Shown: piece by piece, positions 11,751-23,559 of the stretch | Layout: each line of letters starts with the position of its first letter | Position numbering within the stretch: position 1 is the stretch's first letter | Position numbers and translations under genes: made by a program | The notes under the pieces: model-generated | Databases searched by the model: none | Told to the model about the DNA's origin: nothing | The model's input: only the letters and a program-made list of their open reading frames with translations | NCBI GenBank assembly: GCA_964016885.1 | Contig: OZ024756.1 | Coordinates: 558,001 to 622,000, forward strand | DNA: 64,000 bases | Origin: Eledone cirrhosa | Lineage: Eukaryota | Direction: 5' to 3'

Positions 11751-11794
11751 TTCTACAGGACTAGAACTGTTTCATTCGTGAGAAATCATCAGGA
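11751..11794 (-). ncRNA. Type I hammerhead motif with stem I truncated by (TA)n
   Basis: Minus strand reads TC-CTGATGA-TTTCTCACGAAT-GAAACAG-TTCTAGTC-CTGTA-GAA (stem III ACAG/CTGT, GTA triplet). A tail with TTGAGTACC follows. Confidence 0.6.
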
Positions 11795-12161
11795 TATATA
11801 TATATATATATATATATCAATATATATATAAACTCCTATTCATCTATACTATTTATGTTATGTGTATATGTTTTTGTTGCTGCTCTTTAGTAACTGCTGC
11901 TATAGCAACAGTTCTATAGAAGACAGCAATATTTCAGAACTTCTGGACGGAGTCTTCTCAAATAGAATGATAAGGTTTGAAAAAAAATGTCATATATAAA
12001 TATATATTTATATATATTTATATATGATGTAAATATATGGAATGCTTTTTATAGTGATGATAATATATATACATGCCAGTGTGGAAAAATGATGGTAAAT
12101 GGTGATGATGATGATGATACATATACATACATATACATATACATACATATATGTATACATA

Positions 12162-12244
<83 letters not shown>

Positions 12245-12281
12245 AAGCATGTATATATGTGTAAGCATGTATATATGTATG

Positions 12282-12316
<35 letters not shown>

Positions 12317-12321
12317 TTATG

Positions 12322-12930
12322 TCAGGTCACCACTTGGTGCTACTGGTAACATGTATCCCAGTACAACCTGTTTCATGGTCGGGTCGTTGGCGACTAAACT
12401 GGCAACCCCACCAAGGTTTCTTGGTGAGGAGGGTGACTTTGGACATCCTGCAGGACTAAAAACAAAACCTGTCAAAGGGCAAAGGAGCTCTTAAGAGTCA
12501 ATGGCCATCCAAAATCACTGGGAGAGATGACCCCTTAGCCTTTGTCAAGGCAGAATTCTAGGAGAAGGAAAACTCTGATATAACACCTGCAACTCTGATG
12601 GTATCCAATGATGTTGACTTGTTCTTCTTTTTGGTAAATATCATCTTGGTTAAGAGAGTGGGACTGGCTTTGTGCAGTGCCTTTGCTCACTATAAAAGCT
12701 TCACGGCACAGGCATTGCTTTATATCTGGAGATCTCTCTGCACTTGCCGTCACATGGTACCATGGGCCCAGCACTATGTGTCAATAATTGTCACAAGTGT
12801 AGTGTTTGTACCAGAGTTTTCAAGTCGCTGGCTGGACTAAAAAGTCACACTCGTTCAGCGCATCGGTAGGGGTTCTCCTACATGGATATAAAGTAGTGGC
12901 CGTACTCGAAAACGAGTTGGCAGCCACCAT
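12322..12930 (+). mobile_element. Probable LINE (RTE-like) 5' UTR remnant
   Basis: GC-richer block between TA repeats containing CTAGGAGAAGGAAAACTCTGA. A second partial copy lies inverted at ~18502-18562. Confidence 0.4.
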
Positions 12931-13018
12931 GTATATATATATATGTATGTATATATATATATATATGTGTATATTTATATCTATATCTATATATAAATAT
13001 TTACGTACATGCATACAT

Positions 13019-13049
<31 letters not shown>

Positions 13050-13539
13050 AGTGTATTACACTTATATATATATAGTACAAGTTGGGAGGACCTTCATGTG
13101 TTTTACTATCCAGCTAGAAATAGCAGCCAGACTTCCCTCAATATTACACGATACCATCTTAAAAATACAGACAGGACAACTCCCCTCCCTCCTGCAAAAA
13201 AACCCCAAAAAACTAGACAGGATTGTCACCTGACTGGAATGTCTTTAATCATATGTTCACTCCAGTGCTTCCGGAACATTCTGCAAAAAAACCCCCCAAA
13301 AAACCCCCCAAAAACTTATAAAATTATATCTAAATTATTTATAAGCTAAATATATAGAAATATTTGCTTTTCTTTAAAAATACATTTTTTTGTTTTTTTT
13401 TGCTCAAAATAGACGAAAATATTTTTATGGTCTTTAAAGTGCATCACAAGAAAGAAATTCAAACACCAAATAGTTTGTAAACCACTAGGCTAAACAACAA
13501 CAATAACAACAACTTATATATATATATATATATAGTAAT

Positions 13540-13715
13540 AATAATTGTTTCTACTTTTTGGCACAAGGCCAGCAATAACCCAGTACATTACTGGTACTTT
13601 ATTTTATCGACTCCGTAAAGATGAAAGGCAAATTTAACCTCGACAGGATTTAAAATCAGACCGTAAAGGGACGTAACTATGCTGGAAAGCAAGGCGTCCG
13701 ACCCTCTACCGATTG
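13540..13715 (-). mobile_element. SINE family B (Nin/Deu-domain-like core)
   Basis: Reverse complement of a GCCTTTCATC...GTCGATAAAATAAAGTACCAG core. Confidence 0.75.
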
Positions 13716-13809
13716 TGAAGACTAAAATCCAAAGAGGGCTCGATAAGGATAAATATATATCAAATATATAAGAACCGTAGCGCAAATATTTATTAAAATA
13801 ACAGATTAA

Positions 13810-13860
13810 AGTTTAAGCAAAGAATCGCTGCTTTCACCCTTAACGGGATCTTCTGAAACT
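13810..13860 (-). ncRNA. Type I hammerhead fold with variant core CAGAAGA
   Basis: Minus strand reads AGTTT-CAGAAGA-TCCCGTTAAGGGT-GAAAGCAG-CGATTC-TTTGCTT-AAACT. Confidence 0.55.
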
Positions 13861-13866
13861 CCAAAT

Positions 13867-13917
13867 AGTTTCAGAAGATCCCGTTAAAGGTGAAAGCAGC
13901 GATTCTTTGCTTAAACT
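13867..13917 (+). ncRNA. Type I hammerhead fold with variant core CAGAAGA
   Basis: AGTTT-CAGAAGA-TCCCGTTAAAGGT-GAAAGCAG-CGATTC-TTTGCTT-AAACT. Confidence 0.5.
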
Positions 13918-13947
13918 TTAATCTGTTATTTTAGTAAATAATTATAT

Positions 13948-14333
13948 ATCATCATCATCATTTTACGTCCGCTTTTCTCTGCTTGCAAGGGTGGGACGGG
14001 AACTGATTCTGGCTTGATTTCTACAGCTGGATGCACTTCCTAACACCAACCTCATTTACACTGAGTGCTGGGTGCTTTTTTCCCGTGGTGCCTACACATC
14101 TACTTTAAGGTGTGGGCTGGGTGCTTTTTTTTTTTTTGCCATGGCACCTCCACGACCATTTTGCAGTGGAATGATAGGGACCCCAGTCCTATCAACTCAT
14201 TTCTACAGCTGAGTAAACTGGAGCAATGTGAAATAAAGTATCTTGCTCAAGGAAACAACACATCACCCATTCTGAGAATTGAACCTTTCGATTGTAAGCC
14301 CAATGCTCTAACCACTAAGCCATGTGCCTCCAT
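13948..14333 (-). mobile_element. SINE family A with 2 internal modules
   Basis: Homologous to 3395-3745. Confidence 0.85.
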
Positions 14334-14374
14334 CTATATATATATCACAAGTATATTCTGTTGGTGTAGGCCTC

Positions 14375-14680
14375 TCTTCCCAGCTTGAGCAAACGGGGCT
14401 GGATAGAAGGAATGTAAAAGGTTAAACGGTATGACAATCTTCCCATTCCTTGGGGGTAGGCCTCTCATCTGGAATGTTACATGTTGTCACACCTTCTCTA
14501 GCAACAACCTGGTGTGTTCAACTATCAGCCCAGGCTTCATTGCCTGCCAAGCTGAAGAGGGTAAACAGTCCAAGTATCAGCCGCTCTCTGATAGGTTTGT
14601 GGTAGAGCCTGTAGCAGTAGAGACTTCTGGCATTCTTGGCTCCCAGATGACACCCCTACTGACTGTATCAGAGCAGAGTT
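14375..14680 (+). pseudogene. Restriction-like endonuclease (RLE) domain fragment of a CRE-like non-LTR retrotransposon
   Basis: QLEQTGLDRRNV/..NGMTIFPFLGGRPLIWNVT...ACQAEEGKQSKYQPLSDRFVVEPVAVETSGILG matches the LEPxGLxRxDGxRPDG..WDVT..AExxKxxKY..PxAxETxGxxG pattern. Confidence 0.75.
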
Positions 14681-15578
14681 GATTCCCAGACCACACCCCT
14701 CCCTACTGACTGTATCACAGCAGAGTTGACCCCCAGACCACACCCCTACTGACTGTATCACAGCAGAGTTGATTCCCAGACCACACCCCTACTGACTGTA
14801 TCACAGCAGAGTTGATTCCCAGACCACACCCCCCCTACTGACTGTATCAGAGCAGAGTTGACCGCCAGACCACACCCCTACTGACTGTATCAGAGCAGAG
14901 TTGACCCCCAGACCACACCCCTACTGACTGTATCAGAGCAGAGTTGATTCCCAGACCACACCCCTCCCTACTGACTGTATCACAGCAGAGTTGACCCCCA
15001 GACCACACCCCTACTGACTGTATCAGAGCAGAGTTGATTCCCAGACCACACCCCTCCCTACTGACTGTATCACAGCAGAGTTGACCCCCAGACCACACCC
15101 CTACTGACTGTATCAGAGCAGAGTTGATTCCCAGACCACACCCCTCCCTACTGACTGTATCACAGCAGAGTTGACCGCCAGACCACACCCCTACTGACTG
15201 TATCACAGCAGAGTTGATTCCAAGACCACACCCCTCCCTACTGACTGTATCACAGCAGAGTTGACCCCCAGACCACACCCCTACTGACTGTATCACAGCA
15301 GAGTTGATTCCAAGACCACACCCCTCCCTACTGACTGTATCACAGCAGAGTTGACCCCCAGACCACACCCCTACTGACTGTATCAGAGCAGAGTTGATTC
15401 CCAGACCACACCCCTCCCTACTGACTGTATCACAGCAGAGTTGACCCCCAGACCACACCCCTACTGACTGTATCACAGCAGAGTTGACCCCCAGACCACA
15501 CCCCTACTGACTGTATCACAGCAGAGTTGACCCCTCCAGACCACACCCCTACTGACTGCTATTGGAGCAGAGTTGACA
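14640..15578 (+). repeat. Minisatellite, alternating 43/47-bp units (90-bp dimer), ~21 units
   Basis: Unit GACCACACCC(CTCC)CTACTGACTGTATCA[G/C]AGCAGAGTTGA[TT/CC]CCCA. Confidence 0.95.
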
Positions 15579-15857
15579 CAGAGTTGAGCAAGCCCCCCCC
15601 CCCCCCCCCATATAGTAAGTTGTCATCCTACTATATTTCTGTTACTTCACGTCATAAATGATTTACGAAGAGAACAGAAAAAAAAAATCGAAAATTACAG
15701 GAAAAAATTAAAACTCATCATTAACATTGTAACATTGTATTAAATCCTTTCATGTGGGACACACTCTGTTGATCAAATAAACCCCTTTGACACCATAGTT
15801 TTAATTATTTAAATATCACACTGCCTATTATATAGGGACCCTTAGTCCTTGCAGGGC

Positions 15858-16345
15858 TTCTAGTCCCTGTTGGGGCCTCTAGTCCCTGTTGGGGCCTCTA
15901 GTCCCTGTTGGGTCCTCTAGTCCCTGTTGGGGCCTCTAGTCCCTGTTGGGGCCTCTAGTCCCTGTTGGGCCCTCTAGTCCCTGTTGGGGCCTCTAGTCCC
16001 TGTTGGGGCCTCTAGTCCCTGTTGGGGCCTCTAGTCCCTGTTGGGCCCTCTAGTCCCTGTTGGGGCCTCTAGTCCCTGTTGGGGCCTCTAGTCCCTGTTG
16101 GGCCCTCTAGTCCCTGTTGGGGCCTCTAGTCCCTGTTGGGGCCTCTAGTCACTGTTGGGGCCTCTAGTCCCTGTTGGGTCTTCTAGTCCCTGTTGGGTCC
16201 TCTAGTCCCTGTTGGGGCCTCTAGTCCCTGTTGGGCCCTCTAGTCCCTGTTGGGTCCTCTAGTCCCTGTTGGGTCCTCTAGTCCCTGTTGGGGCCTCTAG
16301 TCCCTGTTGGGCCCTCTAGTCCCTGTTGGGTCCTCTAGTCCCTGT
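15858..16345 (+). repeat. 19-bp minisatellite (CTAGTCCCTGTTGGGGCCT), ~25 units
   Basis: Direct reading. Confidence 0.95.
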
Positions 16346-17166
16346 GGCAGACCATCCACGTCAGTCTGTGTGGAAAACATTGATGCTGTTCGTCACCTAA
16401 TTGAAAAGGATAAGTGAATAACCTCTAAATCAGTAGCCGACACACTCAACATCTCTGTGGGTTCTGCACACAATTCTGGTGGAGAGTTTAGGACTGAGCA
16501 AGCTTTCCATTTGATGGGTCCCAAAGCTGTGGTTCCCAGCTCAACAAGGGCAGATCTTTTGATGGAAATGTTGAACTAATGGGATGAAGACCTTGAAGCT
16601 TTTCTGCAGAGAATTTTTACCGGGGATGAAACGTGGCTCTATCACTATGATCTTGAGGGTGGCTTCCCAGGGACAAAAGTGGGCCAATCAAGGCAATATC
16701 TGAGCGTTCAACAGTGAAGGTCATGGCCACTGTCTTCTGGGATGCAGAGGGGATTTTGCTGGTTGATTTCCTCGAGGACAATTACACATTGGTGTATCCT
16801 CTTCCTCCACGACAATACGCCCACTCATGGTTCTTGGTAGACACAAACTGTGTTATGCGAATTTCGATAGGAAATCATCTGACCCCCACCTTACAGTCCT
16901 CATTTAGCCCCATCCAACTTATTTTTGTTTCCAGTCCTGAAAAAATAATTGAAAGGTACCCATTTTCCATCAGTTGAAGATGTAAAAAAAGCTGCTTTGA
17001 CAGGGTTTAAATCACATGGCCCTCAGTTTTACACAGATGGACTTAAAGGCTGGTATCAACACTTGCAGAAGTGTATCGACCTAGAGGGAGCAAATGTTGA
17101 AAAATAAATATCATAACGTTTTTTCGAACTGTCCTTTTTCTAGGAAACTTTTGAAGTCCCCTTGTA
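16345..17166 (+). mobile_element. Decayed mariner (Tc1/mariner) transposon, 3' two-thirds with right TIR
   Basis: GRPSTSVCVENIDAVRHLIE, WVPKL, FLQRIFTGDETWLYHYD, KVMATVFWDAEGILLVDFLE and a YSPxLAPS-like segment. It ends ...AAACTTTTGAAGTCCCCTTG-TA. Multiple stops and deletions. Confidence 0.9.
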
Positions 17167-17169
17167 TAT

Positions 17170-17555
17170 ACATTATTTACAGTATATATATATTATTTAC
17201 AGTATATATACACTATGTACAGTATATATACATTATATACAGTATATATACACTATATACAGTATATATACACTATATACATCATATATACACTATGTAC
17301 AGTATATATACACTATGTACAGTATATATACACTATGTACAGTATATATACACTATATACATCATATATACACTATGTACAGTATATATACACTATGTAC
17401 AGTATATATACACTATATACAGTATATATACACTATGTACAGTATATATACACTATATACAGTATATATACACTATATACAGTATATATACACTATATAC
17501 AGTATATATACACTATATACAGTATATATTCACTATGTACAGTATGTACAGACTA
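17170..17555 (+). repeat. 20-bp minisatellite (AGTATATATACACTAT[G/A]TAC), ~19 units
   Basis: Direct reading. It generates the YIH-rich ORFs in the track. Confidence 0.95.
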
Positions 17556-17599
17556 TATATGATGTCCAAGGGAAAGGCAATGGCTGATACAGCTTGACC

Positions 17600-17760
17600 C
17601 CAGTGACGTGACTACATATTTCTACAGCTGAGTGAACTAGAGCAATATGAAATAAAGTGTCTTGCTCAAGAACACAACACACTGCCTACTCCTGGGATTC
17701 AAACTCACAACCTTACAATTGTGAGATCAATGCTGTAACCACTAAGCCACGCACCTTCAC
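17600..17760 (-). mobile_element. Diverged tRNA-SINE (family A-related head)
   Basis: Contains AAATAAAGTGTCTTGCTCAAG...GGATTCAAACTC...TAACCACTAAGCCAC. Confidence 0.7.
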
Positions 17761-17779
17761 AATTCTTATTACAATAGTT

Positions 17780-18382
17780 CGGTGGATTGACAGTGTTGGT
17801 AGAGTGTCGGACGCCATGCTTTGCAGCATAGAGTTACGGCCCTTTATGTTCCGTGTTCAAATCCCGCCGAGGTTAGCTTCGCCCTTCATCCTTACGGGGT
17901 CGATAAAATAAAGTACCAGTAATGCACTGGGATAATTGCTGGCCTTGTGCCAAAAGTAGAAACAATTATTATAATAATAATGACATTGTCTGAATGTTTG
18001 AAATGAGTTCTTGTCAAATAAAGTACCAGTAATACACTGGAGTTGATATAAACCCCCCACCTCCCCCCCAAATTGTTGGCCTTGTGCCTCGAATTAGATT
18101 CCATTATTACAATAATTGTTTCTACTTTTGGCACAAGGCCAGCAATTACCCAGTACATTACTGGTACTTTATTTTATCGACCTCTGTATGGATGATTATT
18201 ACAATAATAATGACATTGTCTGAATGTTTGAAATGAGTTCTTCTCAAATAAAGTACCAGTAATACACTGGGGTTGATATAACCCCCCCCCCCTCCCAAAT
18301 TGTTGGCCTTGTGCCTCGAATCAGATTCCATTATTACAATAATAATGACATTGTCTGAATGTTTGAAATGAGTTCTGGTCAA
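17780..18382 (+). mobile_element. SINE family B plus tandem and inverted rearranged 3' fragments
   Basis: Full copy at ~17780-17975 with GTTCAAATCC B box and Nin-like core, followed by repeated partial tails. Confidence 0.75.
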
Positions 18383-18600
18383 TATATATATATATATATA
18401 TATATAGCAATGTGAAATAAAGTGTCTTGCTCAAGGAAACAACACATCACCCGGTCTGAGAATTGAACTCACAACTCACATGTGCCTCCATATATATATA
18501 TATCAGAGTTTTCCTTCTCCTAGAATTCTACTTTGACAAAGGCTAAGGGGTCATCTCTCCCGGTATATATATATATACACATATACATACATATACACAC

Positions 18601-18637
<37 letters not shown>

Positions 18638-18656
18638 TACATACATACATATACAC

Positions 18657-18691
<35 letters not shown>

Positions 18692-18774
18692 TGCATATAT
18701 ATCTTTCTTGGGGAGAGGAGCGGTGTAATATATATATATATATATTTCTTGCCTAAGTACAAAGCGAAACCTAC

Positions 18775-19172
18775 AATCAGTAGGCACCTCTAACAAAAAT
18801 ACCCCCCCCCCCCGTCCCACTACCCCCACCCCATCCACACCACCCCTTTCAATGTAAAGTTATGTTGGTACCACAACATCCAGTCAGTCCAAAATAAATG
18901 AGGTTGTGTAGGTGTCACAACAAAAAAAAACCACACAGTCCATGCTGTAATGTGGCCGTGTAGGTAACACGGTAAAAACCTCCCAGTCCACACTGTAAAC
19001 ATGGTTAGTGTTAGGAAGGGCATCCAGCCATAGAAAACCTGCAAGAGGGCCCTATGCGAGCGAGACATGGTCACCCGACCAACCTTGCCTCAAGTAGGAC
19101 AATTCCCGTCTAAACCCATGCTAGCGTGGAAGATGGACGTTAAACGTTGATGATGATGATGATGATGATGAT
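18775..19172 (+). mobile_element. RTE LINE 3' UTR fragment
   Basis: Homologous to ~7190-7579 and ends in (GAT)n. Confidence 0.8.
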
Positions 19173-19388
19173 ATATAAAATTGTAAGTTTGAAGAATTAT
19201 TAGATAAAATATACCCAGTCTTTCCTCTCCCTAGTCCGTAGAAATCAACCACATAAATAATCATTTAAACGAGGCTATAAGTTTAAAACGTAACTATGAA
19301 GAAATAATAGACAAATGAAACAGACTATCTTCTGCGAGGGACAGCCAGATAAAATTTATCTAGTCATTTCTGAGGAAGGAGAGCTGTG

Positions 19389-19448
<60 letters not shown>

Positions 19449-20256
19449 ACAGGGAGAAAAAGACGATTATTAGGAAGAAACATTTTTTTTTTTTCCTTTT
19501 TCTTTCTTTTTTCTGGGCTAGTAAATGATTAAAACAAAATATTTTACTTTGTGTGAAGTGTTAAGGTATTAGCTAATTTATTTATTAATTAACAATGGCA
19601 TTTATTTATCTATTTATATATTTAATAATTGTCTATTACCGGTTTCAGCATTTTTATGCATTATCAAATGATAATAATATGTATTGGTGTAAAATGGTGG
19701 TGTTGGACATGTTAAGGAAATGGTGCAGAAAGAATAATGTTATTTACAAACAAGGTTTATGAAGTGAAAAGAAAAAAGAAAAAAAAAAACAGGGGTGTAA
19801 TGTGGAGCATAATAGGACAATGTGAAAGAAAAAATAATATTATTTACGGGCATAGTTCTTGAAGATAAGCAGATCAAAATGTGTTAATACAGCAAGAATG
19901 CTTAGTTGATCCATGATGGAGGCAAATGGTAGTCTGGGGTTTGATATGATTTCCCTTTTTAGAGAGTTAATATGCAAGGGGAGGTAATTCAGGGTGGTCA
20001 GGTAGGTGGGAGAGAAATGATGGATGGTATTTAATTTATATAAGAAAAAGGATTAGGTAGGGTGTTAGGGAGGCAACTCTTTAGAGAGACATAGGTATTT
20101 GGATTTGGTTCATTGTTCGTTCCAGTTTTAGTTTAGTCTGAAGTTTAGTGCATTAAGTAGGGGTTGGAATTTGTTAATGAAATACGTTTCCTTATTGGTA
20201 CGATATATATATATTTTCATTTTTCATTTTACGTCCGCTTTTCCCTGCTTGCAAGG

Positions 20257-20311
<55 letters not shown>

Positions 20312-20421
20312 ACAAAGGAAATGTGGTAAGGAACCAGATGGACCATAACGCACCAGAGTACTCAATACTTAGGGTAGTAGCCTTGCTCACAAGTGTCTTT
20401 TTTAAGCTTCATATGTCTCCC

Positions 20422-20492
20422 TATTTTATCTGATGAGAACGCAAATATCGTCCCTGGATGATATTTGTTTATGAAATGCGCATAATAAAATA
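20422..20492 (+). ncRNA. Minimal type I hammerhead ribozyme motif with palindromic stem III
   Basis: Stem I TATTTTAT/ATAAAATA, CTGATGA, stem II GCAAATATCGTCC/GGATGATATTTGT, GAAA, palindrome ATGCGCAT, ATA triplet. Tail motif TTGAGTGCT at 20554. Confidence 0.8.
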
Positions 20493-21274
20493 CATGGAAC
20501 TTTTTTAACCATCTTTTAATTTCTTCTTATATATACTCCAGTCCAATAAACTGTTGAGTGCTACTTATCCGATATTTTCATTGCTTTATTGTGCTACAAT
20601 AAAACTCACCTCCTACATATATGTATATATATGTATATATATGATGATGATGATGGTGATATATATATATATATATATCAGAGATGTATTTGGGGTTAAT
20701 ATAATCAACTACATTCTCAGATCCACAGATTTTATCTTATTGTGTGTGTGTGTGGGGGGGGGGGGGTATGTGGCTGCAGTAGAATTAGTAGCAGAGTTCA
20801 GAGAAGTTGTGATGTGATGTGTGTGTGTATATATATTTGTGTGTGTATGTGTGTATATATGTGTGTATATATATATGTGTATGAGTGTGCATATATGTGT
20901 GCATGTATATGTGTATGTGTGTATGTATATATATGTGTATGTGTGTATATGTGTGTATATATATGTGTATATATATATGTGTATGTGTATATATATATGT
21001 GTATGTGTATATATATATATATGTGTGTATGTGTGTGTACATATGTGTGCATATATGTGTATGTATATATATGAGATACCCCCATGTACTTAAACTGCAT
21101 TGCACAAATATATGATTAATATAAACTGTAGACACTGTATTGGTTGTGCTAACATAATCCTGTGCATGGAGTGCCACCATGACATACATTGATGATTAAG
21201 TAAATAATTTATTATTAAGTGACTATATATTCTATACGATGAGTACAATGAATTATGCACAGGTGATACATCAG

Positions 21275-21945
21275 TTGGGAGTTTCTGTGTTGCTTGATGA
21301 CCAGATTAGTGTCTTTTGATGAGAGAACGGGTCCCCGGACCACCCTGGTGATATTTGAATTTACCAGGGATTCAGTCATACAATGACCCGAAACTTGCCG
21401 GGAGTCTTGTATGGTAATAGGACCTTTAATAGTAATAAGACCCATATACATATAATAGTAGTGAGACCCATATACATATAATTAATTTTGGAGTCTGACT
21501 CTTCTTATAGATTGTCCAGGTGTGGCACTCCATATTAGATTGTAATCATCATGATATGAACTCCTTTAGTACTTAATAATAGACTCCACTCTAATTTGTA
21601 GATAAGAAACCTAATTTAATTTATATATGAGATGGGAGTTTATGTATTGCTTGATGACCAGCCTAGTGTCTTTATATGAGAGAATTGATCTCCAGATCAC
21701 CCAGAGGATATTCAAATTGGCCAAGGATTCAGACATATAATGACCCAGAGCTTACCGGGAGTCATATATAATAATAGGACCCTGCCAGGTTCTGCGGGTG
21801 GAATACACTTACAAAGAACATTGATTTGGAGGTCTGACTCTTCTTATAGAATGTTCAGATATGACACCCCTTAATAGAAGGTAATCATCCTGGTATATAC
21901 ACCTTTAGTACTTCTTAATAGACTACACAGTAACCTATAAATAAA
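21275..21945 (+). pseudogene. Decayed unknown ORF with a tandemly duplicated ~355-bp domain
   Basis: Copies start at ~21277 and ~21632 and share the frame GVxVLLDDQxSVFx(R)ENxSPDHPxDI..QGFxHxMTxxLPGVxYxNRT, with many synonymous third-position differences. Confidence 0.5.
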
Positions 21946-22737
21946 TAACATATTCTAGAAATTAGTTATAGCATCATATGATAGGCACTTATTTGAAACA
22001 CCATTAGTGTAGTTAGGATAATAAATTTAACTAAGAAAACCAGCTAGTTATCTCCCCTTACGCATTAACTCCCCTTGGTCACGCACACACTTCCGGAATA
22101 TAATATCATCACACAAAACTAAACAACATGACCTATTGATTAAGAATTGACAAGATATGGTTTATAACTTGGTTATATGCTGAACCATCGTGGATTATAT
22201 GATAGACCCGTGGTCTACATATTGCGTCTCATGGATTGTGTGAGTGGTGGTGTGCGCGAGGACAGTGGTACTGTTTTGCCTACGCTATAATATATTTTAT
22301 AATATGTTTGATATTTTTGATATTTTGGTGTTTCTCTACATTCGGGACTGTATATCATACAGGTGTATGCGAAAAAATGATTTAACAATTCAGCCCACAT
22401 AATACTATCGATTGCCTGCTTCAACTGCCTGATCCTGCAACTAACAATCTGCCGCACTCTAATCCTGTATAAATAAGACACGCGTGCATGCTACACGTGA
22501 GATTGTTTCATACACTGACTACTCGAAACTTTCCTCTCGCTTTATCTTCATAAACTGCCAATGTTTCATTTTTATTTTTATTTTTATTTTTATTTTTATC
22601 CTTTAACCTTTATATGTAAATTGCCATGCTATATCATTTTGATGGATGTCATCCCACTGTGGATCAATATATGCATATGTTTTTATATGTATCTTGTGTT
22701 GAAAAGGAGGTCAAGTATGTTATAGATCACTAAATTG

Positions 22738-22786
22738 TTGCTCCAAAGAATCCAAACCTCGGTTTGGAGGAAACAATTGTAAGCAA
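22738..22786 (+). ncRNA. Degenerate hammerhead motif
   Basis: Stem I TTGCT/AGCAA, core mutated to CCAAAGA, stem II TCCAAAC/GTTTGGA, GAAA, palindrome ACAATTGT, GTA triplet. Confidence 0.5.
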
Positions 22787-22935
22787 ATAAATGATTTAAA
22801 CTGAACTTTGATTATTGTAATCTCTCTCTCTCTCTATATATATATATATGTATGTGTGTATGTGTGTGAGTATATGTATATATATGTATATATATATGTG
22901 TGTGTATGTGTGTGTGTGTGCAGTGTTTATATATG

Positions 22936-22979
<44 letters not shown>

Positions 22980-23043
22980 TATATATATGTGTGTGTTTAT
23001 ATATGTATGTGCATGTGTGTGTATATATGTGTGTATGTATATA

Positions 23044-23486
23044 TCATCATCATTTCATCATTTCATTTTACGTCCACTTATCCCTGCTTGCAAGGGTGGG
23101 ACGGGAACTGATTCTGGCTTGATTTCTACAGCTGGATGCCCTTCCTAACACCAACCTCATTTACAGTGAGTGCTGGGTGCTTTTTTGCCATGGCACCTAC
23201 ACGTCCCCTTTACAGTGTGGGCTGGGTGCTTTTTTTATGTGGCGCCTACACGTCCCCTTTACAGTGTGGGCTGGGTGCTTTTTTTATGTGGCGCCTACAC
23301 GTCCACTTTACAGTGGAATGATAGGGACCCCAGTCCCTATCATCTCATTTCTACAGCTGAGTAAACTGGAGCAATGTGAAATAAAGTGTCTTGCTCAAGG
23401 AAACAACACATCACCCGGTCTGAGAATTGAACTCGCAACCTTTTGATTGCAAGTCCAATGCTCTAACCACTAAGCCATGTGCCTCC

Positions 23487-23488
<2 letters not shown>
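23044..23488 (-). mobile_element. SINE family A with 3 internal modules
   Basis: Homologous to 3395-3745. Confidence 0.85.

Positions 23489-23559
<71 letters not shown>

Larger units (their letters stand above)
13715..13940. mobile_element. Fold-back element with ~74-bp inverted arms, each containing a variant hammerhead
   Basis: 13787-13860 pairs with 13867-13940 (2 mismatches, loop CCAAAT). A deleted relative lies at ~858-946. Confidence 0.75.

Noticed and set aside
14847-15476. 209-aa repeat protein
   Set aside because: It is the antisense translation of the 90-bp minisatellite dimer.
22195-22290. GIY-YIG N-terminal motif in PVVYILRLMD
   Set aside because: There is no following YIG/YVG motif and the frame stops soon after.
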